Assembly (NCBI GenBank): GCA_003510435.1
Contig: DOMK01000001.1
Location: 26,604-90,603 of the forward strand
Source: Candidatus Magasanikiibacteriota bacterium
GTDB taxonomy: Bacteria > Patescibacteriota > Patescibacteriia > Magasanikbacterales > UBA922
Length of the DNA stretch: 64,000 nt
Reading direction: 5' to 3'
Every line of letters starts with the position of its first letter. Position 1 is the stretch's first letter. A program made the position numbers and the translations under genes. The notes beneath the pieces are model-generated. The model ran no database searches, was not told where the DNA came from, and worked only from the letters and a program-made list of their open reading frames with translations. Shown piece by piece: positions 9,013 to 17,335 of this stretch.

Positions 9013-9824
9013 TTTATAGAATTAATTTTTATAGAATTTTTTAATATGATAGATTTTAACTGACTGTAGATAATTAAATAAATTGTTGCTGCTCCAAACG
9101 ATAATAATGTCCCCCAGTATATTCCATATAAAGGATAGGCTATTGAAATTAATAAAGAATAAATAATGAGAGAAAACATCCCAATTGGTACATTTTTAAT
9201 AATTGTGTGAACATGTTCTTTTGAATATGTAAAATGAACAATTAAAATAAGTGGAAAAAGTGTAGTTGGAAATGCAGAAAATAAGCCGGCCCAGGTTGAA
9301 CCAACAAATTTTGGGATACTTGTAATAAAAAGTATAATCAAAGCTGAAAAGAAGGCACGCATAAAAAGTATTTTAAAATCTAATTTTACTTTATTTTCGA
9401 TTATGATGTTTTTGATATTTTTAAATAAATATATATATAGGAACGCAAAAACTATAGGAATAAGGATGGCGATGAATTTGTTTAATTGAATAAAGTGTAA
9501 TACATAAATAACCAAGAAATATCCTAAAATAGAAAATAACGACGATAACAATATACTGTATTTGTTAAAATATTTAGAAGAAACATAATAAAAATATACG
9601 AATGATAATGACGCTGTCATTCCTATCATATTAAAAATTGCGCTATCGGACGCGAATTGTGGACCTAATTCTAATCCAAAGAAAAAAAGTGTTATAGCAG
9701 ATCCTGTTGGATACCCAGATAAGATACCCGCAACTCTCGGACTTACATACTCAGCTAAAAGCGATAATCCTACCACAATAGAAATAGCAACGGTTAATTT
9801 AATTATAAACAACATTTCAAACAT
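9009..9824 (-). CDS. polytopic integral membrane protein, unknown function
   Basis: 271 aa, ~8 hydrophobic helices, no recognisable motif. Confidence 0.5.
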   Translation of the reverse strand: MFEMLFIIKLTVAISIVVGLSLLAEYVSPRVAGILSGYPTGSAITLFFFGLELGPQFASDSAIFNMIGMTASLSFVYFYYVSSKYFNKYSILLSSLFSILGYFLVIYVLHFIQLNKFIAILIPIVFAFLYIYLFKNIKNIIIENKVKLDFKILFMRAFFSALIILFITSIPKFVGSTWAGLFSAFPTTLFPLILIVHFTYSKEHVHTIIKNVPIGMFSLIIYSLLISIAYPLYGIYWGTLLSFGAATIYLIIYSQLKSIILKNSIKINSIK

Positions 9825-9858
9825 ATATTACTAAAATTTTGTAATAATTGTAAACAAT

Positions 9859-10377
9859 TTATTTATTAAATAGAGAAATAAATTTACCTTCATACAACAA
9901 TTTAGCCACTTCATCTGGTTGGAAATTTTTTCCATTCATGCAAACGCTTATACTTGGTTCCATATCCTGGACTTTTGCAATAGAATAACCGAGATTAAAA
10001 GGTGCGTCAGATGGAGTAAAACCGACTAATGGTATCATGGATCCCGTAAAAATAATTGTTTGATCTTTTCTTTTTAGATGTTTGTTTAAGTATCTAGCAG
10101 TGTCGGGCATTGTATAAGTTCCATGAGTAATAATTATTTTTTTGTAAGGACTTTTTTCAATGGTGTTTAGTATTTTTTTGAGATCTGCTTTGGTAAGATG
10201 TCGACTATCTTTCATACAGATTTCTGTGTATTCTGTCTTTTCATAAAGTTTTAAACTTTTAATAAAATCTGGCACCACTGAAGACCTATTAGTTATAGCC
10301 GTATCCTTTGTACCATCATAATGTGAATCAATTGTCCCCCCCGTAAGTATTATGTGAATTGTATTTTTATTGGGCAT
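9859..10377 (-). CDS. L-asparaginase/GatD-like N-terminal domain protein (truncated architecture)
   Basis: ILTGGTIDS (threonine-nucleophile motif) and ITHGTYTM (HGTDTM-like) in a 172-aa protein. Confidence 0.5.
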   Translation of the reverse strand: MPNKNTIHIILTGGTIDSHYDGTKDTAITNRSSVVPDFIKSLKLYEKTEYTEICMKDSRHLTKADLKKILNTIEKSPYKKIIITHGTYTMPDTARYLNKHLKRKDQTIIFTGSMIPLVGFTPSDAPFNLGYSIAKVQDMEPSISVCMNGKNFQPDEVAKLLYEGKFISLFNK

Positions 10378-10383
10378 ATATTT

Positions 10384-11613
10384 TTATTTTAAGATTTTTT
10401 TATTTAAAAACTTCTGTAAAACCTCTGGCACCAAAACACTACCATCAGCTTGTTGAAATTGTTCTAAAATAGCTGGAATAAGACGACTAGTAGCTAAACC
10501 AGAAGCATTTAAAGTATGAACAAATTTATTACCGTTTTCAGTTTTATAGCGAATATTGCCACGACGAGCTTGATAATCTAGTGCGTTGGAAGCACTACTA
10601 ACTTCTTTATAAATTTCCATGCTTGGAATCCAAACTTCTACATCCATAGTTTTGGCCATCGCAGACGAAGCATCACCAGCAGCCAAGAGTGAGGTTTGAT
10701 AGTGCAAACCCAAACCCTCAACTAATTTTTCGACTGCGCCGACCATTTCAGCAAACGCTTCCCAGGATTTATCTTCAGTTGTAAATTGGAACATTTCAAT
10801 TTTATTAAACTGATGTCCACGCACCATTCCCCTTTCTTCTTTTCTATAGCTACCGGCTTCTCTTCTAAAACAAGTGGAATAAGCATAATATTTTATGGGC
10901 AAATCTTCGCCAGATAAAATTTCATCGCGATGATAATTACCCAGCATCATTTCTGAAGTCGCGTTTAGACAATTGCCGTCTTGAGTCCAATACAAATCAT
11001 CTCTAAATTTTGGTAAGTGCCCAGAAACATAGGCAGAATCTTCGTTTAATAAATACGGTGGAATAATAAAAGTATAGCCATTATTACGGTGGAATTCTAT
11101 AAAATAATTTAATAAAGCCCATTCTAATAAAGCGCCATCACCTTTGTAAATCCAAAAACCAGCTCCAGACATTTTGGCGGCACGTTCATAATCAATTAAT
11201 CCCAAAGAAGTGACTAGTTCCACATGATCTTTTGGAACAAAATCAAATTTTGGTTTGGCTCCAAAAGTTTTTACTACTTTATTATTTTCTTTACCACCAG
11301 CTGGTACATCATCAGCCGGAATATTTGGTAAAGCTGATAATTTTTCTTTTAAATTATCTTCTACTATTTTTAATTCATCATCAAATTTTTTAATCTCATC
11401 GCCCAAAGCTTTCATTTTGGTAATTTCTTCTGGACTAGGTTTACCCTTACTGCCTTTGTTTCTTTCAGCTTTTAATTCATCAACTTTGGTAATTATATTT
11501 TTTCTTTCATCGTCTATTTTTATAATTGTTTCCAAATTAACACTTTCCATTCTTTTGAGAAGTGCTTGTCTAACTTCGTTTGTTTTTTCTCTGATTAAAT
11601 TTATGTCTAACAT
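10384..11613 (-). CDS. serS: seryl-tRNA synthetase
   Basis: N-terminal coiled-coil arm, class II motifs (FRREAGSYRKEERGMVRGHQFNKIEMFQF, TLNASGLATSR). Confidence 0.9.
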   Translation of the reverse strand: MLDINLIREKTNEVRQALLKRMESVNLETIIKIDDERKNIITKVDELKAERNKGSKGKPSPEEITKMKALGDEIKKFDDELKIVEDNLKEKLSALPNIPADDVPAGGKENNKVVKTFGAKPKFDFVPKDHVELVTSLGLIDYERAAKMSGAGFWIYKGDGALLEWALLNYFIEFHRNNGYTFIIPPYLLNEDSAYVSGHLPKFRDDLYWTQDGNCLNATSEMMLGNYHRDEILSGEDLPIKYYAYSTCFRREAGSYRKEERGMVRGHQFNKIEMFQFTTEDKSWEAFAEMVGAVEKLVEGLGLHYQTSLLAAGDASSAMAKTMDVEVWIPSMEIYKEVSSASNALDYQARRGNIRYKTENGNKFVHTLNASGLATSRLIPAILEQFQQADGSVLVPEVLQKFLNKKILK

Positions 11614-11656
11614 ATTTTTAGGTTTTAGTGATTAGGTTTTAGGTTATAATTATTTT

Positions 11657-11974
11657 CTAGTAAAGTTCTATTAAAACAGTTGTTGTAATTCTTTCTATGT
11701 CTGCAATTAATTCATTACTAAATTTTTTGTTGTTAGATGTCTGATGTTCTGTTTCTTTTTGTGCCCTAGCAATTAGTTCGCTAATTTCATTATCAAATTT
11801 TCCTTTTAATAAATTTGCTGAAGCCGTACTTAAAACTAATAACTTGGCAGAAATAGAATCTACAGCTTTTGTTCCAGAAGAAATCAATTCTGTTTTTAGA
11901 TTTTTTATTACCATGTCTTTTATTTGTTCTGGGGTTGGGCGTTGTGCTTCCACCCCTCTTTGAATTCTATTCAT
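11657..11974 (-). CDS. hypothetical protein
   Basis: 105-aa ORF in operon-like spacing; no motif recognised. Confidence 0.35.
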   Translation of the reverse strand: MNRIQRGVEAQRPTPEQIKDMVIKNLKTELISSGTKAVDSISAKLLVLSTASANLLKGKFDNEISELIARAQKETEHQTSNNKKFSNELIADIERITTTVLIELY

Positions 11975-12431
11975 AACTTTTTGCTTGATAAGATATTGGA
12001 AATAATTCTTGTGAATCGGTTTTGATTATTTTAGAAACATTTTCATTAGCTAATAATAAATTTATTTTTTTGTTTTTACCAGAATAATTTTCTGCCTCAC
12101 TTAAAATTTGTCTACACAATCCACAGGGCGAGATTACTTCATTTTCCATTTTACCATCATAAAAACCAACAATGGCAATTATTTTATAATTATAATTTTT
12201 GTCAAAAATAGCTTTGTCCAATGCCATGCGTTCAGCACAGGTGGAATTACTGACATTGGTACGGCGAATACTGGTGCCTTGATAAATTTTTCCATCTACA
12301 CATAGTAATGCTGCACCAACATGCCTCGTGCCTTTTTTATTCCAATATTGATTACCTGCTCCCCTAGCCTGTTCAAGCAAATTTTTTTCTTGTTCACTAA
12401 GTTTGTTGTATGAAATTTTTTTCATACTCAA
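11967..12431 (-). CDS. cdd: cytidine deaminase
   Basis: Zinc ligands CAERMA and PCGLCRQ in a 154-aa protein. Confidence 0.7.
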   Translation of the reverse strand: MSMKKISYNKLSEQEKNLLEQARGAGNQYWNKKGTRHVGAALLCVDGKIYQGTSIRRTNVSNSTCAERMALDKAIFDKNYNYKIIAIVGFYDGKMENEVISPCGLCRQILSEAENYSGKNKKINLLLANENVSKIIKTDSQELFPISYQAKSYE

Positions 12432-12432
12432 A

Positions 12433-13458
12433 TTATAAATTATTTTCTTGAATAGTTTCTAATAATTCTGGCATCATTTGATCTAGCCATTCATTATCTC
12501 CGGGCAAAAAGTCATATTTGTTGTGAGTAGTAGGATCAATCCACTTGGCATCCAGGACTTCGTTATTATTAATATTTAGTTTGCCACCAATTATTTTACA
12601 TATTATTGGCACAAGATAGACTTGATAACTAAAATTTGGAAACTTATGATTTTTGACTGCAATTTTTTGTAATTGTTTAATAATTTTTACTTTGTAGCCG
12701 ACTTCTTCTTTGGCTTCTTTTATAACCGTGCTTTCTACTGATTCGCCAAAATCACAAATGCCTCCTGGTACTTCCCACTTTTTGTGCGATTCTTTACGAT
12801 GGGGATCATTGCGAAGAGTAATTAATAATTTTTTGTCTTGAATTATCAAAGCACATGGTACAACAATATGCTTCGCGCCAAATTGATTTTGTAAATAATA
12901 TTTAATTTTTTGTAAAGCTTTACCACGATGGGAACAAGAATTTTTTTCTTGCATATCCATTTGCGCATAGGTTTTCTTTTTGGCATTGACATAAAAAATT
13001 GGATCATAAGCAAAACCATCTTTACCTGTTTCTTTTTCAGTGATTTTTCCTTCGGTTAGTCCACTAGCCAGATACACATCTTGATTGCTAGGATTATAAA
13101 GTGAACAAACAATGGCAAAAGTAGCAGTGCGATTTTTCTTTCCTTTCATTTTTTCCAAAATAATATTTCTTCTTTCAACATCATTTTTTCCAATGCGAGC
13201 GGAATATACACCCGGATAATTTTTTAAGGACTTAACAAAAATTCCCGAATCTTCACTTAGAGTAATCAGACCTGTTTTTTCACCATAATAATTAGCTTTG
13301 AGCATAGCATTTTGTTCTAGAGTAGTGCCATTTTCTTCTGGTTCTAGAATATTTTTATCCAAGTCTTTTAAACTTAAAAATTCAAATGGTAAATCACCAA
13401 GGAATTTTTTGATTTCTTTAAATTTTCCTTTATTGGTTGTGGCGATGAGAACTTTCAT
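12433..13458 (-). CDS. fusion protein: RdgB/Ham1 non-canonical NTP pyrophosphatase (N-terminal) + Nudix hydrolase (C-terminal)
   Basis: N-terminal KVLIATTNKGKFKEIKKFLG ... FAYDPIF (Ham1). C-terminal Nudix box GGICDFGESVESTVIKEAKEEVGY. Confidence 0.7.
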   Translation of the reverse strand: MKVLIATTNKGKFKEIKKFLGDLPFEFLSLKDLDKNILEPEENGTTLEQNAMLKANYYGEKTGLITLSEDSGIFVKSLKNYPGVYSARIGKNDVERRNIILEKMKGKKNRTATFAIVCSLYNPSNQDVYLASGLTEGKITEKETGKDGFAYDPIFYVNAKKKTYAQMDMQEKNSCSHRGKALQKIKYYLQNQFGAKHIVVPCALIIQDKKLLITLRNDPHRKESHKKWEVPGGICDFGESVESTVIKEAKEEVGYKVKIIKQLQKIAVKNHKFPNFSYQVYLVPIICKIIGGKLNINNNEVLDAKWIDPTTHNKYDFLPGDNEWLDQMMPELLETIQENNL

Positions 13459-13550
13459 ACACGGAAATAAGGAATTAAAGGATTATACGGATTTTTTATT
13501 ATCATATTTTTTCCGTGTGATCCTTTATCTCCGTATCTCAGTGTTATACC
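13458..13550. repeat. family-D hairpin element (ACACGGAAATAAGGA...GGATTATACGG...TCCGTGTGATCCTTTATCTCCGT)
   Basis: Internal inverted repeats. Paralogous copies at 13952-13990, 14394-14440 and 32293-32338. Confidence 0.5.
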
Positions 13551-13951
13551 AACCGTTCAATATATTTTCTAATTTTATTAGTCTTCAATTCCCCTTCTCT
13601 GTATGGGGTTAATTTTACTATTCGTGTGTTTAATCCAAATTTTGTTATAGCATTTTCTAGTTCATCAACATAAATTTTTTGATCATAACCAAGGGCAATT
13701 ACATCAGGTTTTTGATCCTGAATAACTTTATAAACATCAGTTTCATCACCTAACACTACCTCATCAATCAAATCAATATGTGTTAAAAATTCTAGACGTT
13801 CTTGTTCACTATGTAGAGATCCATATTCTTTTATTCTTTCTACATTAATATCGCGCGCTACGACAGCAATTAATTTGTCACCATATTCTCTAGCTTCCTT
13901 AAACATATGGATGTGACCACCATGGATAATATCAAATGTGCCAAAGATCAT
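13544..13951 (-). CDS. cytidylyltransferase-family nucleotidyltransferase (TagD/RfaE-domain-II-like)
   Basis: FGTFDIIHGGHIHMFKEAREYGDKLIAVVARD. Start moved to the Met of MIFGTFD because the upstream 20 codons are repeat-encoded. Confidence 0.55.
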   Translation of the reverse strand: MIFGTFDIIHGGHIHMFKEAREYGDKLIAVVARDINVERIKEYGSLHSEQERLEFLTHIDLIDEVVLGDETDVYKVIQDQKPDVIALGYDQKIYVDELENAITKFGLNTRIVKLTPYREGELKTNKIRKYIERLV

Positions 13952-13988
13952 AACACGGAGATGAGGAGAAGACGGATTATACGGAACA

Positions 13989-14393
13989 TTATTTTTTTTC
14001 ATATCGGTCATATTCTCTATAGTTTACAATTCTTTTTATTTCTAATTTTGGATTACCAAAGTTTATTAATAAACCAACTTCCAGCTTACTTGCCTTGAGA
14101 TATGAAACTGTTTGAGTCTGAAAGATTTTTGGTAATTCACCACTAACAGCTTTTAATTCTATTATTATTTTATTATTTACTAACAAGTCTACTCTAAAAG
14201 TTCCTATTAATTTATTTTTGTAATACACGTCATATTCAAATTCAGATTCTATATCAAATTTATTTTCTATTAAATCATTTATCATGGCTTGATGATAAAT
14301 ATACTCTTTAAAACCAGGCCCAAGTGTTTTGTGTATTTCTATCGCTATACCTATAATTTTTTGTGTTAGTTCCCACTCCTTTTTTATTATCAT
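13989..14393 (-). CDS. GxxExxY-family protein (family typically encoded inside rRNA intervening sequences)
   Basis: LGPGFKEYIYHQAM = G-x-x-E-x-x-Y signature; 134 aa. Bracketed by family-D inverted repeats. Confidence 0.65.
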   Translation of the reverse strand: MIIKKEWELTQKIIGIAIEIHKTLGPGFKEYIYHQAMINDLIENKFDIESEFEYDVYYKNKLIGTFRVDLLVNNKIIIELKAVSGELPKIFQTQTVSYLKASKLEVGLLINFGNPKLEIKRIVNYREYDRYEKK

Positions 14394-14440
14394 ATTTTTT
14401 CCGTGTAATTCTTTATTTCCGTGTCTCAGTGTTTATACCA
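14394..14440. repeat. family-D repeat arm (TTTTTTCCGTGTAATTCTTTATTTCCGTGTCTCAGTGTT)
   Basis: Inverted copy of ACACGGAGATGAGGAGAAGACGGATTATACGG at 13955-13988. Near-identical to 13498-13550. Confidence 0.5.
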
Positions 14441-16538
14441 AACCAATTTGTGGAGCAATTTTTTTTAATGCCTCAATAGCTAGTTGTAAAAATTCGTCCA
14501 AGCTCAAGCCAAGTTTTTCACATTCCATTATTATATCCCGATTACAGCCAGCGGCAAACTTTTTATCTTTAAATTTTTTCTTTAATGAGCTTAGTTCTAG
14601 ACTAGCAATTTTGTCTGGACGCATGCGAGCAGCTGCATAGACTAAACCGGTGGTGGTCTCAGCACAGGCCAAAGCATGTTCAATCATTTTAGTTCTAGTT
14701 TTATCTTGCAAATTTGCACAATTAAAACCATAGCCGTGAGAAACAACGACATTTATAAAATCATCAGCAAATCCAGCTTCCTTTAAAAGTTCTGGGGCTT
14801 TTGTCAAATGCTGAGTGGTATCGTTTTCTGTCAATTCCCAATCAATATCATGTAAAAGACCAAGCATTCCCCATGTTTCAACATCCTGACCTAGTTTTTC
14901 AGCAAGCTTTTTCATGATTGCTTCTGATTCTTGGTAATGGTTTAGATTGGCTTCTTTATTATTATATTTTTGTACTAATTGCCAGGCTTCTCCCCGATTC
15001 ATTGGTAGGGGTGATAAGCCTCCATCATTTTTTTGATTAGTGATATTAATCATTGGTTGATTGTTCTGTTCAACTGGTTTCATTAGCGGAAATAGCGTCA
15101 CTTCTCGTAAAGTGTGGGAACCAGTAATGAGCGCAGCAAAACGATCAATCCCAATGCCAGTGCCTGTGGCTGGAGGCATGCCATGTTCTAGAGCCTCGAC
15201 ATAGTCCCAATCGTTATTCATGGCCTCTTCATCACCTTCATCTTTATTTTTTACTTGTTCTTCAAATCTGGCTCGTTGATCAACTGGGTCATTTAATTCA
15301 GTATATGAATTGCTCAATTCAAAACCGTTAACAATTAGTTGAAACATCTCAGTATAGCGTGGATCTTCGGCTTTTTTTGCTAATGGTTTTAATTCAATTG
15401 GATAATTTAAAACAAAAGTTGGTTGAATTAATTTTGGTCGGGTTGATTGTTTATATAATTCGTCAATCAATTTACCACGTTCAGTAATATCTTCTGGATC
15501 ATAGCCCTTAGTTTTCATTTCTTTGGCTAGTGTTTCTACGTCAGTAAAATTATTAATATCAATACCAGAATGTTCCAAAACTGCATCATGAAAAGAAATT
15601 CGTTTGTATGGTCCGGCAAAATTAATTTTTTGATTATCAACTTCAACTTCCAATTTACCCACTGATTTTTCTACCACAAATGGAATTAATTCTTCATGCA
15701 TTTTCATATTATCTTCATAATCAGCATAAGCCCAATAATATTCTATCATGGTAAATTCTGGATTATGTTGGTGATCAACGCCTTCATTTCTAAAAGCCCG
15801 ACCCATTTCAAAGGTGCGTTCAAATCCTCCAACTAATAATCTTTTTTGCCATAGCTCGCCCATGCAAATACGCAAATGAACGGGTAAATTATAAGCATTG
15901 AGATGGGTGTCAAAAGTTTTGGCCATAGCGCCAGAAGCAATTGTTTCTAAGACTGGAGTTTCTACCTCAACAAAATCTTTGCTAAACATAAACTCGCGCA
16001 TATAACGCAAAATTCGTCCGCGAGCAAGAATTTTCTCTTTTTCTTCTGGATTAACAAGAAAATCAATATATCTTTTGCGATAGCGAGCTTCTTCATCTTG
16101 TAGACCATGAAATTTGTCTGGTAAAGGTAAGAGTGATTTGGCGAGCAATGTCCATTTTTTAACCAAAACAGATGGTTCACCTTTGTGAGTGGTAAATTTT
16201 TCGCCCTCTACAGAAATAATATCGCCAATATCAATTTTTTTGATAAATAATTTGTAATCAGTTTCATCAATTTCTCCTTGTTTAAAAGCGACTTGCATTT
16301 GGCCAGAATTGTCTTGCAAATGACAAAAAGTCAGTTTGCCCATGTCTCGTTTTGTCATGATTCTGCCAGCTGAAGCAATAGATTCACTTTCATTTTTTGT
16401 CAGAGCTTGTTTTAGGGTGTGCTCGCGTTTTACTCTGGCTGGATATGGGTTTATACCAACTTCTCTTAGTTCTTCTAGTTTTTTTAGACGAATGGCACGT
16501 TCGTCATTTATGTTTAATTCTGGAGAAATACTATCCAT
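14433..16538 (-). CDS. lysS: lysyl-tRNA synthetase (class II) fused to a ~210-aa C-terminal HD-superfamily phosphohydrolase-like domain
   Basis: LysS body through GIGIDRFAALITGSHTLREVTLFP. Then an extension with H...LLHDIDWE...VSHGYG...D (HD-domain metal-ligand pattern). Confidence 0.85.
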   Translation of the reverse strand: MDSISPELNINDERAIRLKKLEELREVGINPYPARVKREHTLKQALTKNESESIASAGRIMTKRDMGKLTFCHLQDNSGQMQVAFKQGEIDETDYKLFIKKIDIGDIISVEGEKFTTHKGEPSVLVKKWTLLAKSLLPLPDKFHGLQDEEARYRKRYIDFLVNPEEKEKILARGRILRYMREFMFSKDFVEVETPVLETIASGAMAKTFDTHLNAYNLPVHLRICMGELWQKRLLVGGFERTFEMGRAFRNEGVDHQHNPEFTMIEYYWAYADYEDNMKMHEELIPFVVEKSVGKLEVEVDNQKINFAGPYKRISFHDAVLEHSGIDINNFTDVETLAKEMKTKGYDPEDITERGKLIDELYKQSTRPKLIQPTFVLNYPIELKPLAKKAEDPRYTEMFQLIVNGFELSNSYTELNDPVDQRARFEEQVKNKDEGDEEAMNNDWDYVEALEHGMPPATGTGIGIDRFAALITGSHTLREVTLFPLMKPVEQNNQPMINITNQKNDGGLSPLPMNRGEAWQLVQKYNNKEANLNHYQESEAIMKKLAEKLGQDVETWGMLGLLHDIDWELTENDTTQHLTKAPELLKEAGFADDFINVVVSHGYGFNCANLQDKTRTKMIEHALACAETTTGLVYAAARMRPDKIASLELSSLKKKFKDKKFAAGCNRDIIMECEKLGLSLDEFLQLAIEALKKIAPQIGLV

Positions 16539-16612
16539 ATATATAAAAAATTGGCTAATAAAATTAGACTTAATTATGTAATTATTTTATCATAAAATAT
16601 ATTTAAATACAA

Positions 16613-16636
16613 ATACCCCCAGATCTGGGGGTATTT
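16613..16636 (-). terminator. intrinsic terminator hairpin (TACCCCCAGATCTGGGGGTA) downstream of greA
   Basis: Perfect GC-rich palindrome flanked by A/T runs on both sides. Confidence 0.55.
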
Positions 16637-16651
16637 TGCTATTTTTAGCAA

Positions 16652-17122
16652 TTATTTTACATGTAAAATCTTGAATTCTTGTACCCCTGACGGCAATTGG
16701 ACTTCAACCTTGTCACCCTTCTTCTTACTCATAAAAGCGGCTCCTAATGGAGATTCATTGGAAATTTTACCGGTTGATGGGTCAGCTTCTTGGGCACCAA
16801 CAATTATATATTCTTTTTCTCCTCGATCGCCCTTTACTAATACAGTAGAACCAATGTTTACTATACCGTCAGTTTGGTTGTCTTCATCTACAATTTTAAA
16901 ATTGTCCAAAATGTATTGGATTTGTTTTACTCGACTTTGTGCCCAAGCCATATCTTCACGAGCTTGGTGATATTCAGCGTTTTCTGACAAATCACCCATT
17001 TGTCTGGCATCATCAATTCTTTTGGCTAAACCAGGGATTTTTTCTTCTCTTAGTTCTTTTAGCTCGATTTCTAATGATTTTAATTTATCCTGGCTCATGT
17101 ATTGCGTAATTTCATCTGTCAT
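16652..17122 (-). CDS. greA: transcription elongation factor GreA
   Basis: N-terminal coiled-coil (DLSENAEYHQAREDMAWAQSRVKQIQ) plus C-terminal FKBP-like domain. Confidence 0.9.
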   Translation of the reverse strand: MTDEITQYMSQDKLKSLEIELKELREEKIPGLAKRIDDARQMGDLSENAEYHQAREDMAWAQSRVKQIQYILDNFKIVDEDNQTDGIVNIGSTVLVKGDRGEKEYIIVGAQEADPSTGKISNESPLGAAFMSKKKGDKVEVQLPSGVQEFKILHVK

Positions 17123-17155
17123 AATTAGTTGTTTACTATATAAAATCTTTAAAGT

Positions 17156-17180
17156 AATAAAAACCGCTTTTTTGCGGACT
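17156..17180 (-). terminator. terminator hairpin CCGCAAAAAAGCGG + T-run after the mre/mrdA operon
   Basis: aaaaaccgcttttttgcgg read on the minus strand gives a stem followed by TTTTT. Confidence 0.45.
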
Positions 17181-17244
17181 GTACAATAGTATTATAACAG
17201 AGTTCAAACATGAGTCAAGTTATTATCCACACTTGTCATAAAAA

Positions 17245-17327
17245 TACAATATACACGTAACAAAATACAAGTGAGTCCTGCAAATATGGTTTAATTTAAA
17301 AAATTGTATCTTGTTACGTGTATATTG
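17245..17327. repeat. long hairpin: 16-17-bp perfect inverted repeat CAATATACACGTAACAA / TTGTTACGTGTATATTG around a ~45-nt loop
   Basis: Read directly; resembles the empty stems of the IVS-like cassettes. Confidence 0.55.
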
Positions 17328-17335
17328 TGTATTGT

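Noticed and set aside
11255-11635. 126-aa plus-strand ORF inside serS
   Set aside because: Antisense to a well-conserved serS frame; low-complexity translation; typical AT-rich antisense artefact.
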